Source of the DNA: Alphaproteobacteria bacterium
Lineage (GTDB): Bacteria > Pseudomonadota > Alphaproteobacteria > UBA828
DNA length: 64,000 nucleotides
Direction: 5' to 3'
Assembly: GCA_965237415.1 (NCBI GenBank)
Contig: CBDEFM010000001.1
Location: 384,001 to 448,000, forward strand
A model generated the notes under the pieces. That model worked only from the letters and a program-made list of their open reading frames with translations. It was not told the DNA's origin and did not search any database. Position 1 is the first letter of the stretch, and each line of letters begins with the position of its first letter. Of the stretch, positions 28,289 through 37,125 are shown in pieces. Made by a program: the position numbers and the translations under genes.

Positions 28289-29704
28289 TTACTCCGCCGC
28301 TTGGCTCAGCGGCTCGGCCTCCATCGGCATGCGGATCGCATCGCGCGGGAGCTGGTAGCGCGCGAAGGGCAGCACCGCGACCCTGGCGTCCGGCCCGTGC
28401 CGGGTCATCGCCGCGGCGAAGGCATCCTCCAGCGAAGTTCCCGCCTCGATCCCGATATCGGCGGCCATATCGAGGTTCTCCTCCAGCGTCACCACGTGGA
28501 GGTGCTTGCGCACCATGACCTCGTAGATCGGCACCCAGATACAGCCCGCCCACATCTCGATCGTGCGGCTGTGGATGTCGCGGTAGACGCGCTCCATATT
28601 GGCCGCAGACGGCGGCATGTAGGGCTTCATCAAGTCCATGAGCGCGAGGCCCGGGAAGTCGCCGAGATGCGTCTTCACGCCGGGCGACGGGCTGCAATAG
28701 ATCAGCGTGCCGCCGTCCCGCACCAGCAGGTCGGACGACATGCAGCCCCAGCCGGTGTGGAAGAAGAGGTGATCGGTGGGCGCGAACACGCCGCAGATGC
28801 CGATATCCGCCGGGCCGCCGGCGGGGCGGTCATAGGCGTAGATGCCGTTGAAGTAGCGGATCGCCTCGAGGTGCGCGTCCGGATGAGCGCCGAAGTTGAT
28901 GAAGCAGAGACTGCCTTTCGTATCCAGCACGCTGTTGAGCGTCGCCGTGAGCCCGCACATGGTGGCGGCCTCGTCGATATCGGTCCGCATGGGGCCGGCC
29001 ATGGCGCCGTAATGGGTCTTGGGCGACATCACGAAGGCGCAGTGGTTCGATTCGATGGTCTCGTCCGAGACCACGCCGGGCAGGATCAGCTTGCCGCCCC
29101 CGCCGGCTCCCCAATGGTTGGACTGCGCCTGGCCCATGGAGAGCGTCACATCGGACTTCGCGACCTCCTTGTGCAGCCAGACCGGCGTGCCGCCCGTGGT
29201 CATGCCGATGAAGACGTATTGATCGGGGTCGCGCGGCTCGTTCTGGAAGAAGGGGATCCCGAGCCGCTCCATGCGCGCGAGGTTCTCCCGCCCCAGCTTG
29301 AGCTCGGTGTCGCGCTCCGACATGGGGAAGATCTTGCCGTTGGCGCAGACGACGCGCGCCTCCTTGATGCCGTGCGCCTCGATGGCGTCCAGCACCGCCG
29401 GCAGCAGCTTTGAGGTCGGCGTCGGGCGGAACTGGTTGTCGATGATGATGGCGAGGCTCTTGTCCGGCCCGATCATCTCGGAGAACGCGGGCCCCGAATG
29501 CGGCGTCTCCAGCGCGGCCGCGCAGGCCCGGGTGGGGTTCGCGATGGGCGCGGGCTCATCAGGGAAGAGCGCCGCCATAAGGTTGGCCTCGGGGATGTCG
29601 AGGGTCAGCGTCTCCCGATAGACCATGGACGGATCGTCGACCGAGCCGATGGTGAGCGGATCGAGGGATTCGTAGGGGATCACCGCGCGATAGGTGTCGG
29701 ACAT
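28289..29704 (-). CDS. Lactate racemase LarA-family (nickel-pincer nucleotide) protein, divergent
   Basis: IIIDNQFRPTP, G.T..GTPVWLHK.V, GGGGKLILPGV..ETIESNH, V..GGTLI; GGGAGG RBS. Confidence 0.8.
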   Translation of the reverse strand: MSDTYRAVIPYESLDPLTIGSVDDPSMVYRETLTLDIPEANLMAALFPDEPAPIANPTRACAAALETPHSGPAFSEMIGPDKSLAIIIDNQFRPTPTSKLLPAVLDAIEAHGIKEARVVCANGKIFPMSERDTELKLGRENLARMERLGIPFFQNEPRDPDQYVFIGMTTGGTPVWLHKEVAKSDVTLSMGQAQSNHWGAGGGGKLILPGVVSDETIESNHCAFVMSPKTHYGAMAGPMRTDIDEAATMCGLTATLNSVLDTKGSLCFINFGAHPDAHLEAIRYFNGIYAYDRPAGGPADIGICGVFAPTDHLFFHTGWGCMSSDLLVRDGGTLIYCSPSPGVKTHLGDFPGLALMDLMKPYMPPSAANMERVYRDIHSRTIEMWAGCIWVPIYEVMVRKHLHVVTLEENLDMAADIGIEAGTSLEDAFAAAMTRHGPDARVAVLPFARYQLPRDAIRMPMEAEPLSQAAE

Positions 29705-29839
29705 CGCCGCCCTCCCGTGATTGAGCCGACCTCAGGCCGCGAAACTGGCGTTCCCGCGCCAAGCCGAGTGTAATGGAGCGAGCCGGTTAAGCACAGGGCG
29801 CCCTGGCCTCAGGCGCGCCCGCGACGGGGGGAGCGCGAC

Positions 29840-31867
29840 ATGACGGCCTATCCACGGCTTTTCTCAGAATGGAAGATTCGCAACACCACGATCAAGAACC
29901 GGGTCGTGTTCCCGCCGACCTGCCCGAGCTGGGTCTCCGACCCGTGGAACGGGCTCTTCATCGACATGGCCACCCACTATTACCGGGAGCGTGCCGAGGG
30001 CGGAGTCGGCCTCATCATCATCGGAGGGACCCATGTCCACCCGAGCTCGATCATGGCGCCGCTGCTCATGCCGCAGCTCTTCGACGACCGGCAGATCGAG
30101 CCACTGTCCCGCATCGCAGAGGCGGTCCACGCCGAGGGCTGCAAGCTCGCGATCCAGCTCTGGCATTCGGGCGTGCGGGGCTTCCCCACCCTCAAGCAGG
30201 AGGCCACTTACGACCCCGATGCGACCTGGTACTCTGTCTCGCCGAGCCAAGTGCCCTTGGGCGAGTTCCCCGGCGCATCAACGCCCAAGGAGCTGGACGA
30301 GGACGAGATCGAGGAACTGCTGGAGGCCTTCGGCAGCGCCGCGGTCCGTGCGTTCGCGGCGGGGCTCGACGGGGTCGAGCTTCATCTGAGCCACGGCTAC
30401 CTGCCCTGGCAGTTCATCTCGCCGCTTTACAACAAGCGCACCGACCGCTGGGGCGGCTCCCAGGAGAACCGCCTGCGCTTCCCCCTCGAGGCATTGAAGC
30501 GGATGCGCGCCGCCGCCGGCGACGACAAGTTCGTCGGCTACCGCATCAACTCGACCTCGTTCTGGCCGGGCGATCTCGAAATCGACGACGTGCGCAGCAT
30601 TGTCGCCGACATCGAGAAGCGGGCCGACATCGACTACGTCAACGTCTCGGCCGGCGTGCATCACGCCTTCATCCACACGCCGATGGAGTTCGAGGCGGGG
30701 TGGGAGCGGGGCTACGCCCGCAAGATTCGCGAGGTCTCGTCCAAGCCGGTGCTGCTCGTTGGCCGCATCACCACGCCGGACGTGGCCGAGCGGCTGCTGG
30801 AAGCAGGCGACGGCGACGCGATCTGCCTCGCGCGCCAGCTCTTCACCGACCCCCACTGGGCCAAGAAGGCCGCAGAGGGCCACGCCGACGATATCCGCTC
30901 ATGCGTTGCCGCCAACTTCTGCTGGAAGAGCGTGAGCCGGGGCGGGCGGGTGCAGTGCATCTATAACCCTGCGGTGGGCCGCGAGAAGGCCTGGGGCGAG
31001 GGCACGCTCGACCGGGTGGCCGAGCCCAAGTCCGTGTTGATCATCGGCGGCGGCCCGGCGGGGCTCGAATACGCGCGCATCGCTTCGGCCCGTGGCCACA
31101 ACGTGACGCTCTACGAGGCCGAGGGCGAGACCGGCGGCCATGTGCGCGTGCAGTCCCTCCTGCCGAGCCGGGCCGAGTACGGCGAAATCGGCCGCTGGCT
31201 CACGGCGCAGGCCGAGAAGAACGGCACCCGCATCGTCACCGGCGCGCCGGTGACGGAGGAGGATATCGACCAGGCGCTTGCGGAGGTGAAGCCCGACCAC
31301 GTGGTGGTGGCGACGGGCTCCGCCGTCGCCGTCGACGGCTTCCAGGGCTGGACCGGCGAGGCGTTGCCCGGCTGGGAGAGCGGCAATTGTGTCGGCTGGG
31401 ACGCCGTGGCGCAGGGACACGCCAAGCCGCGCGGCAAGGTGATGGTGCTTGACGACCTCTGCGACGTGATGGCGCCGCTCACCGCCGTCGCCTGCAAGGA
31501 TGGCGGCGCAGACGAGGTGACGCTGGTGACCCGCTGGCCCATGATCGGCATGGAGACCATCCTCGACGTCTATCTCGACTGGATCCTGCCGAAGCTTTAC
31601 CGCAGCGAGGTGGCGGTCTGCGTCGATCACTTCGTCCGCCGCATCGAAGGCAACCAGGTCACGCTCTACAACGTCCATCACGACGAAGCCGAGCGGGTTA
31701 TCGAGGCGGACTGGATCGTCATGGCGACAGGCCGGCGTTCCGTGAATTCGCTGCACGCGGCGGTTGCGGCCCGCGCCATCTCGGTCGAGACCATCGGCGA
31801 CGCCACCGCGCCCCGCAGCGCCTACGAGGCGGTCTACGAAGGCCACCGCCAAGCCCGCAAGCTATAA
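29840..31867 (+). CDS. NADH:flavin oxidoreductase (OYE plus FAD domain; DgcA/StcD/TMADH-like)
   Basis: IKNRVV, RAEGGVGLI, DGVELHLSHGYL..QF.SP..NKRTD.WGGS.ENR.RF, CVAANFC...C.YNP, IIGGGPAGLE. Confidence 0.88.
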   Translation: MTAYPRLFSEWKIRNTTIKNRVVFPPTCPSWVSDPWNGLFIDMATHYYRERAEGGVGLIIIGGTHVHPSSIMAPLLMPQLFDDRQIEPLSRIAEAVHAEGCKLAIQLWHSGVRGFPTLKQEATYDPDATWYSVSPSQVPLGEFPGASTPKELDEDEIEELLEAFGSAAVRAFAAGLDGVELHLSHGYLPWQFISPLYNKRTDRWGGSQENRLRFPLEALKRMRAAAGDDKFVGYRINSTSFWPGDLEIDDVRSIVADIEKRADIDYVNVSAGVHHAFIHTPMEFEAGWERGYARKIREVSSKPVLLVGRITTPDVAERLLEAGDGDAICLARQLFTDPHWAKKAAEGHADDIRSCVAANFCWKSVSRGGRVQCIYNPAVGREKAWGEGTLDRVAEPKSVLIIGGGPAGLEYARIASARGHNVTLYEAEGETGGHVRVQSLLPSRAEYGEIGRWLTAQAEKNGTRIVTGAPVTEEDIDQALAEVKPDHVVVATGSAVAVDGFQGWTGEALPGWESGNCVGWDAVAQGHAKPRGKVMVLDDLCDVMAPLTAVACKDGGADEVTLVTRWPMIGMETILDVYLDWILPKLYRSEVAVCVDHFVRRIEGNQVTLYNVHHDEAERVIEADWIVMATGRRSVNSLHAAVAARAISVETIGDATAPRSAYEAVYEGHRQARKL

Positions 31868-31913
31868 CCCGTCGCGTACCTGGCACACCTCATTCCAACC
31901 AAGGAGAACTGCC

Positions 31914-32207
31914 ATGCCCGCTGCCTATCTCGTCTCCACCTCGGAGGTGACCGATCCGGAACTGATGCAGGAGTATGTCGAGAAGGCAGGCCCGACAGGC
32001 GGCCCCTACGGCGCCGAGCTGCTCGCCGCCACCACGGAAGTCGCGCATATGGACGGCACCTGGAAGCCGTCCCGCGTGGTGATCTTCCGCTTCCCGAGCA
32101 TGGAAAGGGCCAAGGCCTGGTACAACTCGCCCGAGTATCAGGCGATTGTGGACATGCGTTTGCGAGCTGCCGAGAGCAGCCTCATCTTCGTGGAAGGCAT
32201 GGAGTAA
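31914..32207 (+). CDS. DUF1330-family protein
   Basis: AAGGAG RBS; MPAAY...VTDP...EY...VVIFRFPSMERAKAWYNSPEYQ. Confidence 0.85.
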   Translation: MPAAYLVSTSEVTDPELMQEYVEKAGPTGGPYGAELLAATTEVAHMDGTWKPSRVVIFRFPSMERAKAWYNSPEYQAIVDMRLRAAESSLIFVEGME

Positions 32208-32222
32208 TCCCCGCGCGCCGGT

Positions 32223-33647
32223 TCACGCGGCGGGCGGATCGGCCAAGAAGTGCTCGATGGCGTTGGCGTAGTAACGCAGCATGTCGCGCTCGCCCTCGTT
32301 CGCGCGAAAGAGCCCGTCCGCTTCGGTCACGAAGTGGCGTAGCGTCAACATCCGCAGGCCCACCGTGACGGCATAGTCGCGGTCGGCCCGCGGGATGTGG
32401 ACGTAGGCGCCCTCGCGCTCCAGCCTGTCGATCAGCGCCTGCGCGCGCCCCTTGATCTCCAGCAGGTCGAGCGCCGCGCTCTCTGACTCGACGAAGACCG
32501 TCGCGACCAGGGAGACCGGCAAAACGGGGATCGCCGCGGCGATGGCCTGCAACAGCTCGCCGCCGAGTTTCTCCACGGCCTCGTGGCGGGCCTCGGGCTC
32601 GAGCGCGCGGAAATCGACCCCGCGGGCCTTCACATAGTCCCGCATGGAGATCGGCGCGGAGAAGTTCACGCAGGCGTAGCCGAAGCGGTACCAGCGCCGA
32701 CGGATCATGAGGCTTAGGTTGTGGGCGGCGAACCGGAACGCGGTCGCGAGCACGCGCGCCCTGCTGCGCCGGGGCTCGCCCGAGCCGGGTGCGCGCACCA
32801 GCATGCGGTCCTCAAGCACCCGGTCGTAATTGATCCCGACGGGGACGAAGACCAGATCCCGCGCCCCCTCCGGATCGAATGACGAGACCATGTAGCTGAT
32901 GAGGCCGAGCTTGGGCTTGCGCAGGCGCCCGTCGCGGCTGAGGCCGCCCTCGGGGTAAACCGCCTGGACCACGCCGCCGGCGGTGGCCGCCTGCACGTAG
33001 CGGGCGAGCACCTGGCGGTAGAGGCGGCTGCCCGAGCCGCGGCGCACGAAATAGGCCCCGAGTGAGCGCACCAGCATCCTGAGCGGCCAGACCCGCGCCC
33101 ATTCGCCGACGGCGTAGCTGAGTGCGGAGCGATGCGCCGCCATGTAGGCGACGATCACATAGTCCATGTTGCTGCGGTGGTTCATCACGAAGACGACGCT
33201 GGCGCCGGGCTCGATGCGGGCCAGCGCCTCGTCGTCCGAATAGCCAAGCCGCACGCGATAAAGGCTTTCCACCGCCCGCCTGGCGATGTGATAGCCGATG
33301 CGGAAATAGGCGTAGGCGTTGAAGGAGGGCACGATCTCGCGGGCGTAGCGCTCCACCTGCCGGCTCAGCACCTCGCGCGGGGTGCCGGTGGCTTCGGACT
33401 CGGCGTCGATCGCCTTCATCACCTGGGGATCGAAGCTGAGCTGGTCGATGAGCACCCGGCGCTTGGTCTGCTGAAAGGGCGGGATCTGCAATTCCAGCCG
33501 CGTGTTGACCTCGACGATCATCCGGTTGAGGCGGCGGCGCAGGAACCACCGCACGCTCGGCATCAGGATCCGGTCGAGCGCAGCCCAGAGCGCGAGCGCG
33601 CCCACCACCGCGAGGATCCAGAGCGGCAGCGTGAGGGAATCGGTCAT
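32223..33647 (-). CDS. Glycerol-3-phosphate acyltransferase (PlsB/PlsC family)
   Basis: HX4D motif NHRSNMDY, GAYFVRR, YPEGGLSRDG, VPVGINYD. Confidence 0.85.
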   Translation of the reverse strand: MTDSLTLPLWILAVVGALALWAALDRILMPSVRWFLRRRLNRMIVEVNTRLELQIPPFQQTKRRVLIDQLSFDPQVMKAIDAESEATGTPREVLSRQVERYAREIVPSFNAYAYFRIGYHIARRAVESLYRVRLGYSDDEALARIEPGASVVFVMNHRSNMDYVIVAYMAAHRSALSYAVGEWARVWPLRMLVRSLGAYFVRRGSGSRLYRQVLARYVQAATAGGVVQAVYPEGGLSRDGRLRKPKLGLISYMVSSFDPEGARDLVFVPVGINYDRVLEDRMLVRAPGSGEPRRSRARVLATAFRFAAHNLSLMIRRRWYRFGYACVNFSAPISMRDYVKARGVDFRALEPEARHEAVEKLGGELLQAIAAAIPVLPVSLVATVFVESESAALDLLEIKGRAQALIDRLEREGAYVHIPRADRDYAVTVGLRMLTLRHFVTEADGLFRANEGERDMLRYYANAIEHFLADPPAA

Positions 33648-33844
33648 GCGAGAGTCTTATATACAGCCGGGCGGATTTCGCCCGAGCCCGGCTGTTTCGC
33701 CCCGGAAGAGAATTCCCAGCAGATGGTCGTCACCGGCATCGTGGCAGCAAGGCTCGCGGCTGTAGCGCAGATGCGCTAGTTATAGCACCAATGGGCGGGC
33801 GCGGTGCCTGCCAGCAAGCGCACGCCGAGGCGTAGTGACGAGCC

Positions 33845-34534
33845 ATGAAGGCGGCGAACTCCAACAGAGACCAATTCGCGATCCTGCGCCGGACCATGGT
33901 CGAGCAGGTGGCGCTCCACGCCGACCATGTGAGCGGCAAGACCGGCCGCACCGCGATCGCGAGCCCGGTCATGGAGGCGATTGAGCGGGTCCCGCGCCAT
34001 GCCTTCGTGCCGGTCGAGATGACGCTTTACGCCCACCTCGATTCCCCGCTCCCTATCGGCTGCGGTAAGACCATCTCGCAGCCCTTTATCGTCGCGCTGA
34101 TGACCGACCTGCTGGAACTGGGCGCGGAAGACCGGGTGCTCGAAATCGGCACAGGGCTCGGCTATCAGGCGGCGCTTTTGGCGGAGCTTGCGGCCGAGGT
34201 GTTCACCGTCGAGCTGATCGAGGAGTTGGCCCAGAGCGGCCGCCGCCGGCTCGGCGAGCAGGGTTATGGCAACGTGCAGTTCCGCGTGGGCGATGGCAGC
34301 CTCGGCTGGCCCGACCATGCGCCCTTCGACCGCATCATCGCAACCGCAGCCCCCGACCTCATCCCGCCGGCGCTCTTGCAGCAACTCAAGCCCGGCGGGC
34401 GCATGGTGATCCCGGCCGGGCTCGAGGACGACCAGCGCCTGCTACTGGTCACGAAGGATGCGGACGGGCGGTTCGAGACCGAGGAAATTCTGCCGGTGCG
34501 CTTCTCCCAGCTGATGAGCGGCGAAGACGACTGA
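33845..34534 (+). CDS. pcm: Protein-L-isoaspartate O-methyltransferase
   Basis: VPRHAFVP, PLPIG.GKTISQP, VLEIGTGLGYQ, GDGSLGWP..APFDRI, QLKPGG. Confidence 0.9.
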   Translation: MKAANSNRDQFAILRRTMVEQVALHADHVSGKTGRTAIASPVMEAIERVPRHAFVPVEMTLYAHLDSPLPIGCGKTISQPFIVALMTDLLELGAEDRVLEIGTGLGYQAALLAELAAEVFTVELIEELAQSGRRRLGEQGYGNVQFRVGDGSLGWPDHAPFDRIIATAAPDLIPPALLQQLKPGGRMVIPAGLEDDQRLLLVTKDADGRFETEEILPVRFSQLMSGEDD

Positions 34535-34622
34535 GCGCGATGCTACGCCGCAGGCGAGCGCCGTTCTAACACGCCCCTTCCTATTGCACGCTTCCAGCCC
34601 TCATCGGGAATTGGACTGAGGC

Positions 34623-35082
34623 ATGAGACAGGATGAAATCAGCCCACACTTGGGCAGACTCGCGTTCTGTTTCTTCTACAGGTACTCAAGGTTTGAGTTC
34701 GCGTTGAAGGCGAACGGCTATCTGAAGAGTTCCAAGCTTGGTAGTCCAGCAGAGCCGGATTGGCGGGAGTTCGCTAAGAAGCGGTCTCATGACTATTGCA
34801 TTTCCGCTGAGGCGGAAGAACTCATAAGTGTCCCCCCAAAACGCCAGATGGTCGCGGCTAACAAAGACTTGGTATGGGAAGATGTCGACTTGAGTCAGCA
34901 CCCAAGTGATCTAGAGCAGGTCATTAGGCTATTGCAGATCGTTCGAAACAAAAGTTGGCGAGAAAGGTTGGGATGACTCCGCGAGAACGGAATTGCTATT
35001 GAAGTTGAGCGTAGTCGTTCTGGATCAGATCGCCAAACAAATCGACTTTGAAGCGGACTACTTGAGGCGAACCTATTTCTGA
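34623..35082 (+). pseudogene. Low-GC, frameshifted HEPN-like protein remnant
   Basis: ORF 34623-34976 (FFYRYSRFEFALK..GY...AEPDW..F...VRN) continues in another frame as GEKGWDDSARTELLLKLSVVVLDQIAKQIDFEADYLRRTYF* to 35082; the expected RNxxxH motif is broken at the shift; family recalled, not searched. Confidence 0.5.
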
Positions 35083-35170
35083 CGAATTGACTCGGAATTG
35101 CTATTGAAGTTGAAGTGTCTGCACGACTTTGACTACGGGTACTGACGAATTGACTCCAAGTGTCTGCACG
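34988..35170. repeat. Mosaic of short direct repeats
   Basis: 21-mer at 34988/35093, 15-mer at 35079/35142, 13-mer at 35113/35158, 9-mer at 35043/35124. Confidence 0.85.
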
Positions 35171-35268
35171 TGCCGCACCTGTCTCGCAAGTCAAGCCGGC
35201 GAGCGGGTGTGGAGTTCTTTGCTATGCTCCCTTACACGACATAAACCGGCGCGTGAGTAGGTATCCCC

Positions 35269-35928
35269 ATGAGCGACCTGACCCTGGTCATCGGCAACAA
35301 GAACTACTCGTCCTGGTCGCTCCGGCCCTGGCTAGCGCTCCGCAACGCAGCAATTCCCTTCGAGGAGCGGCTGCTCCTGCTGTTCGACGAGAACTGGAAG
35401 GAGGCCATTGGCGCCGTGTCGCCGTCTGGGCGCGTTCCCGTCCTGCTCCACGGCAAGCGCACCGTCTGGGAGACCCTCGCCATCCTGGAATACGCCCACG
35501 AGCTGTTTCCGGAGGCCGGCCTCTGGCCCGAGGACCGCGACGCGCGCGCCACAGCCCGGGCGGTCGCCAACGAGATGCATGCGGGTTTTTCCGCCGTTCG
35601 CACGCACATGCCCATGAATCTTCGCCGCCTTGACCTCAAGGGGAAGGGCCGCGGGCCGGGCGTCGCAGACGACGTCGCCCGAATCTGCGAGATCTGGCGC
35701 GACTGCCGGGGCCGTTACGGTGCTGGTGGCGATTTCCTGTTCGGCGCCTTCGGCGCGGCCGACGCCATGTACGCGCCGGTGGTGACCCGGCTCGATACCT
35801 ACGGGGTCGATCTCGACGAGACCTGCGCCGCCTACAGCCGCGCCGTGCTGAGCCTGCCGGCCTTCGTCGAATGGCGCGACGCGGCGCTCCAAGAGCCCTG
35901 GATCATCCCCGAAGACGAGATCGACTGA
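35269..35928 (+). CDS. Glutathione S-transferase family protein
   Basis: IGNKNYSSWSLRPWL, SPSGRVP.L, WETLAILEY, EMHAGF, ADAMYAPV. Confidence 0.92.
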   Translation: MSDLTLVIGNKNYSSWSLRPWLALRNAAIPFEERLLLLFDENWKEAIGAVSPSGRVPVLLHGKRTVWETLAILEYAHELFPEAGLWPEDRDARATARAVANEMHAGFSAVRTHMPMNLRRLDLKGKGRGPGVADDVARICEIWRDCRGRYGAGGDFLFGAFGAADAMYAPVVTRLDTYGVDLDETCAAYSRAVLSLPAFVEWRDAALQEPWIIPEDEID

Positions 35929-35937
35929 AGGCCGGGC

Positions 35938-37125
35938 CTACGACGGGGCGAAGGCCGGCACCTCGCAGCGGGCGACGGCCACCTTGCGGGTGGTCGGCGG
36001 GGTGTTGCGACTGCGGCCGACGAAGCGCGGAATGCCGTCGGTGATCACGGCGCCGATGGCGACCGGATCGCCGTTGCTCATGGTCGTGAGCGCATCCGGC
36101 TTGGTGGCACCGAGCGGGGCATCGATGATGACCACGTCCGCATCCCGCCCCGGCTTGAGGAAGCCGCTGTTCAGCCCATAGATCTCGGCTACGTTGCCGG
36201 TGGAGGCGGCGATCATCCAGGTCGGGTCGAAGCCCGCGAGCGACGCGATGTTGACCATGGTGTAGATCATGCCGAGCGGCATGACGCCGCTGCCGGTCGG
36301 CGTGTCGGTCGCGATCAGGAAGCGGTCGAAAGCGTCGTGCTTGCGGGCAGCCTCGGCGCAGAGCAGCGTGGTCCGCAGATTGCCGGCGGTGCAGACCTGC
36401 ATGGCGATCCCGGTCTCCGCCGCCACCTGCTCGAAATAGCGATCCTCGATGGCGACCGGCCCGCCGTTGATGTGGAAGGAGACCGTGGGGTCGATGGCGA
36501 TCAGGTCCTCGCCGGTGATGGGGAAGGAGCCGGGGATCGAGGCGCCGCCGGTATGCAGCGTGGTGAGCAGGCCGGCCTCCCTGGCGTGGCGCACCAGGGC
36601 CACGTAGTCCCGCGCCGTCTCCACCGCACCGAACCCTGCCTTGGCGAGCCAGACGCCGTCGCGATGCACGTCGTCGAAATCGGCGCGTGTGAGGCCGGGC
36701 TCCAGAATGATGGAGCCGCCGTGCACGCGCATCCCGCCCGGCCGGTAATGCTCGAAGCACTTGAAGGCCGCGACCGCCAGCGCCTTGACCCCGGCGGGGT
36801 CCTTCGGCCGGCCCGGCACGTGCACCTCGGAGGCGGAGATCGCCGTGGTGGTGCCTCCGTGGACGTAGCTCGTGAGGTAGCCCACGGTGTTCTGGCGCGG
36901 CGTGAAGTCGCCGAAGGTGACGTGGACCTGGGAGTCGATCAGACCCGGAATCGCCGTCGCCCCGCCGGCGTCGATCACAATGTCGCAGGCATCGATCTCC
37001 GCTGCCTCCACCACGCCGACGGCTTCCAATATGCCGTCGGCCGCAATGAGCGCATCTCCGTCGACGAAGGGCTCACGCCAGTCACCCGAGACGATGGCGC
37101 CGAGATTGACGACCGCGACTCTCAC
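35938..37125 (-). CDS. Enamidase-like amidohydrolase
   Basis: PGLIDSQVH.TFGDFTPRQ, HGGTTT.ISASEVH.PGRP.D, HTGGASIPGS, HINGGP, TDTPTGSGV.PLG; GTG start overlaps the upstream stop. Confidence 0.78.
   Translation of the reverse strand: MRVAVVNLGAIVSGDWREPFVDGDALIAADGILEAVGVVEAAEIDACDIVIDAGGATAIPGLIDSQVHVTFGDFTPRQNTVGYLTSYVHGGTTTAISASEVHVPGRPKDPAGVKALAVAAFKCFEHYRPGGMRVHGGSIILEPGLTRADFDDVHRDGVWLAKAGFGAVETARDYVALVRHAREAGLLTTLHTGGASIPGSFPITGEDLIAIDPTVSFHINGGPVAIEDRYFEQVAAETGIAMQVCTAGNLRTTLLCAEAARKHDAFDRFLIATDTPTGSGVMPLGMIYTMVNIASLAGFDPTWMIAASTGNVAEIYGLNSGFLKPGRDADVVIIDAPLGATKPDALTTMSNGDPVAIGAVITDGIPRFVGRSRNTPPTTRKVAVARCEVPAFAPS

Noticed and set aside
33663-33695. 10-bp hairpin ACAGCCGGGC/GCCCGGCTGT between the divergent plsB-like and pcm genes
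   Set aside because: Single GC-rich hairpin with no second copy seen and no assignable function
34988-35170. Possible CRISPR array
   Set aside because: Four different repeats, each present only twice, overlapping and irregularly spaced; no constant repeat-spacer period and no cas genes
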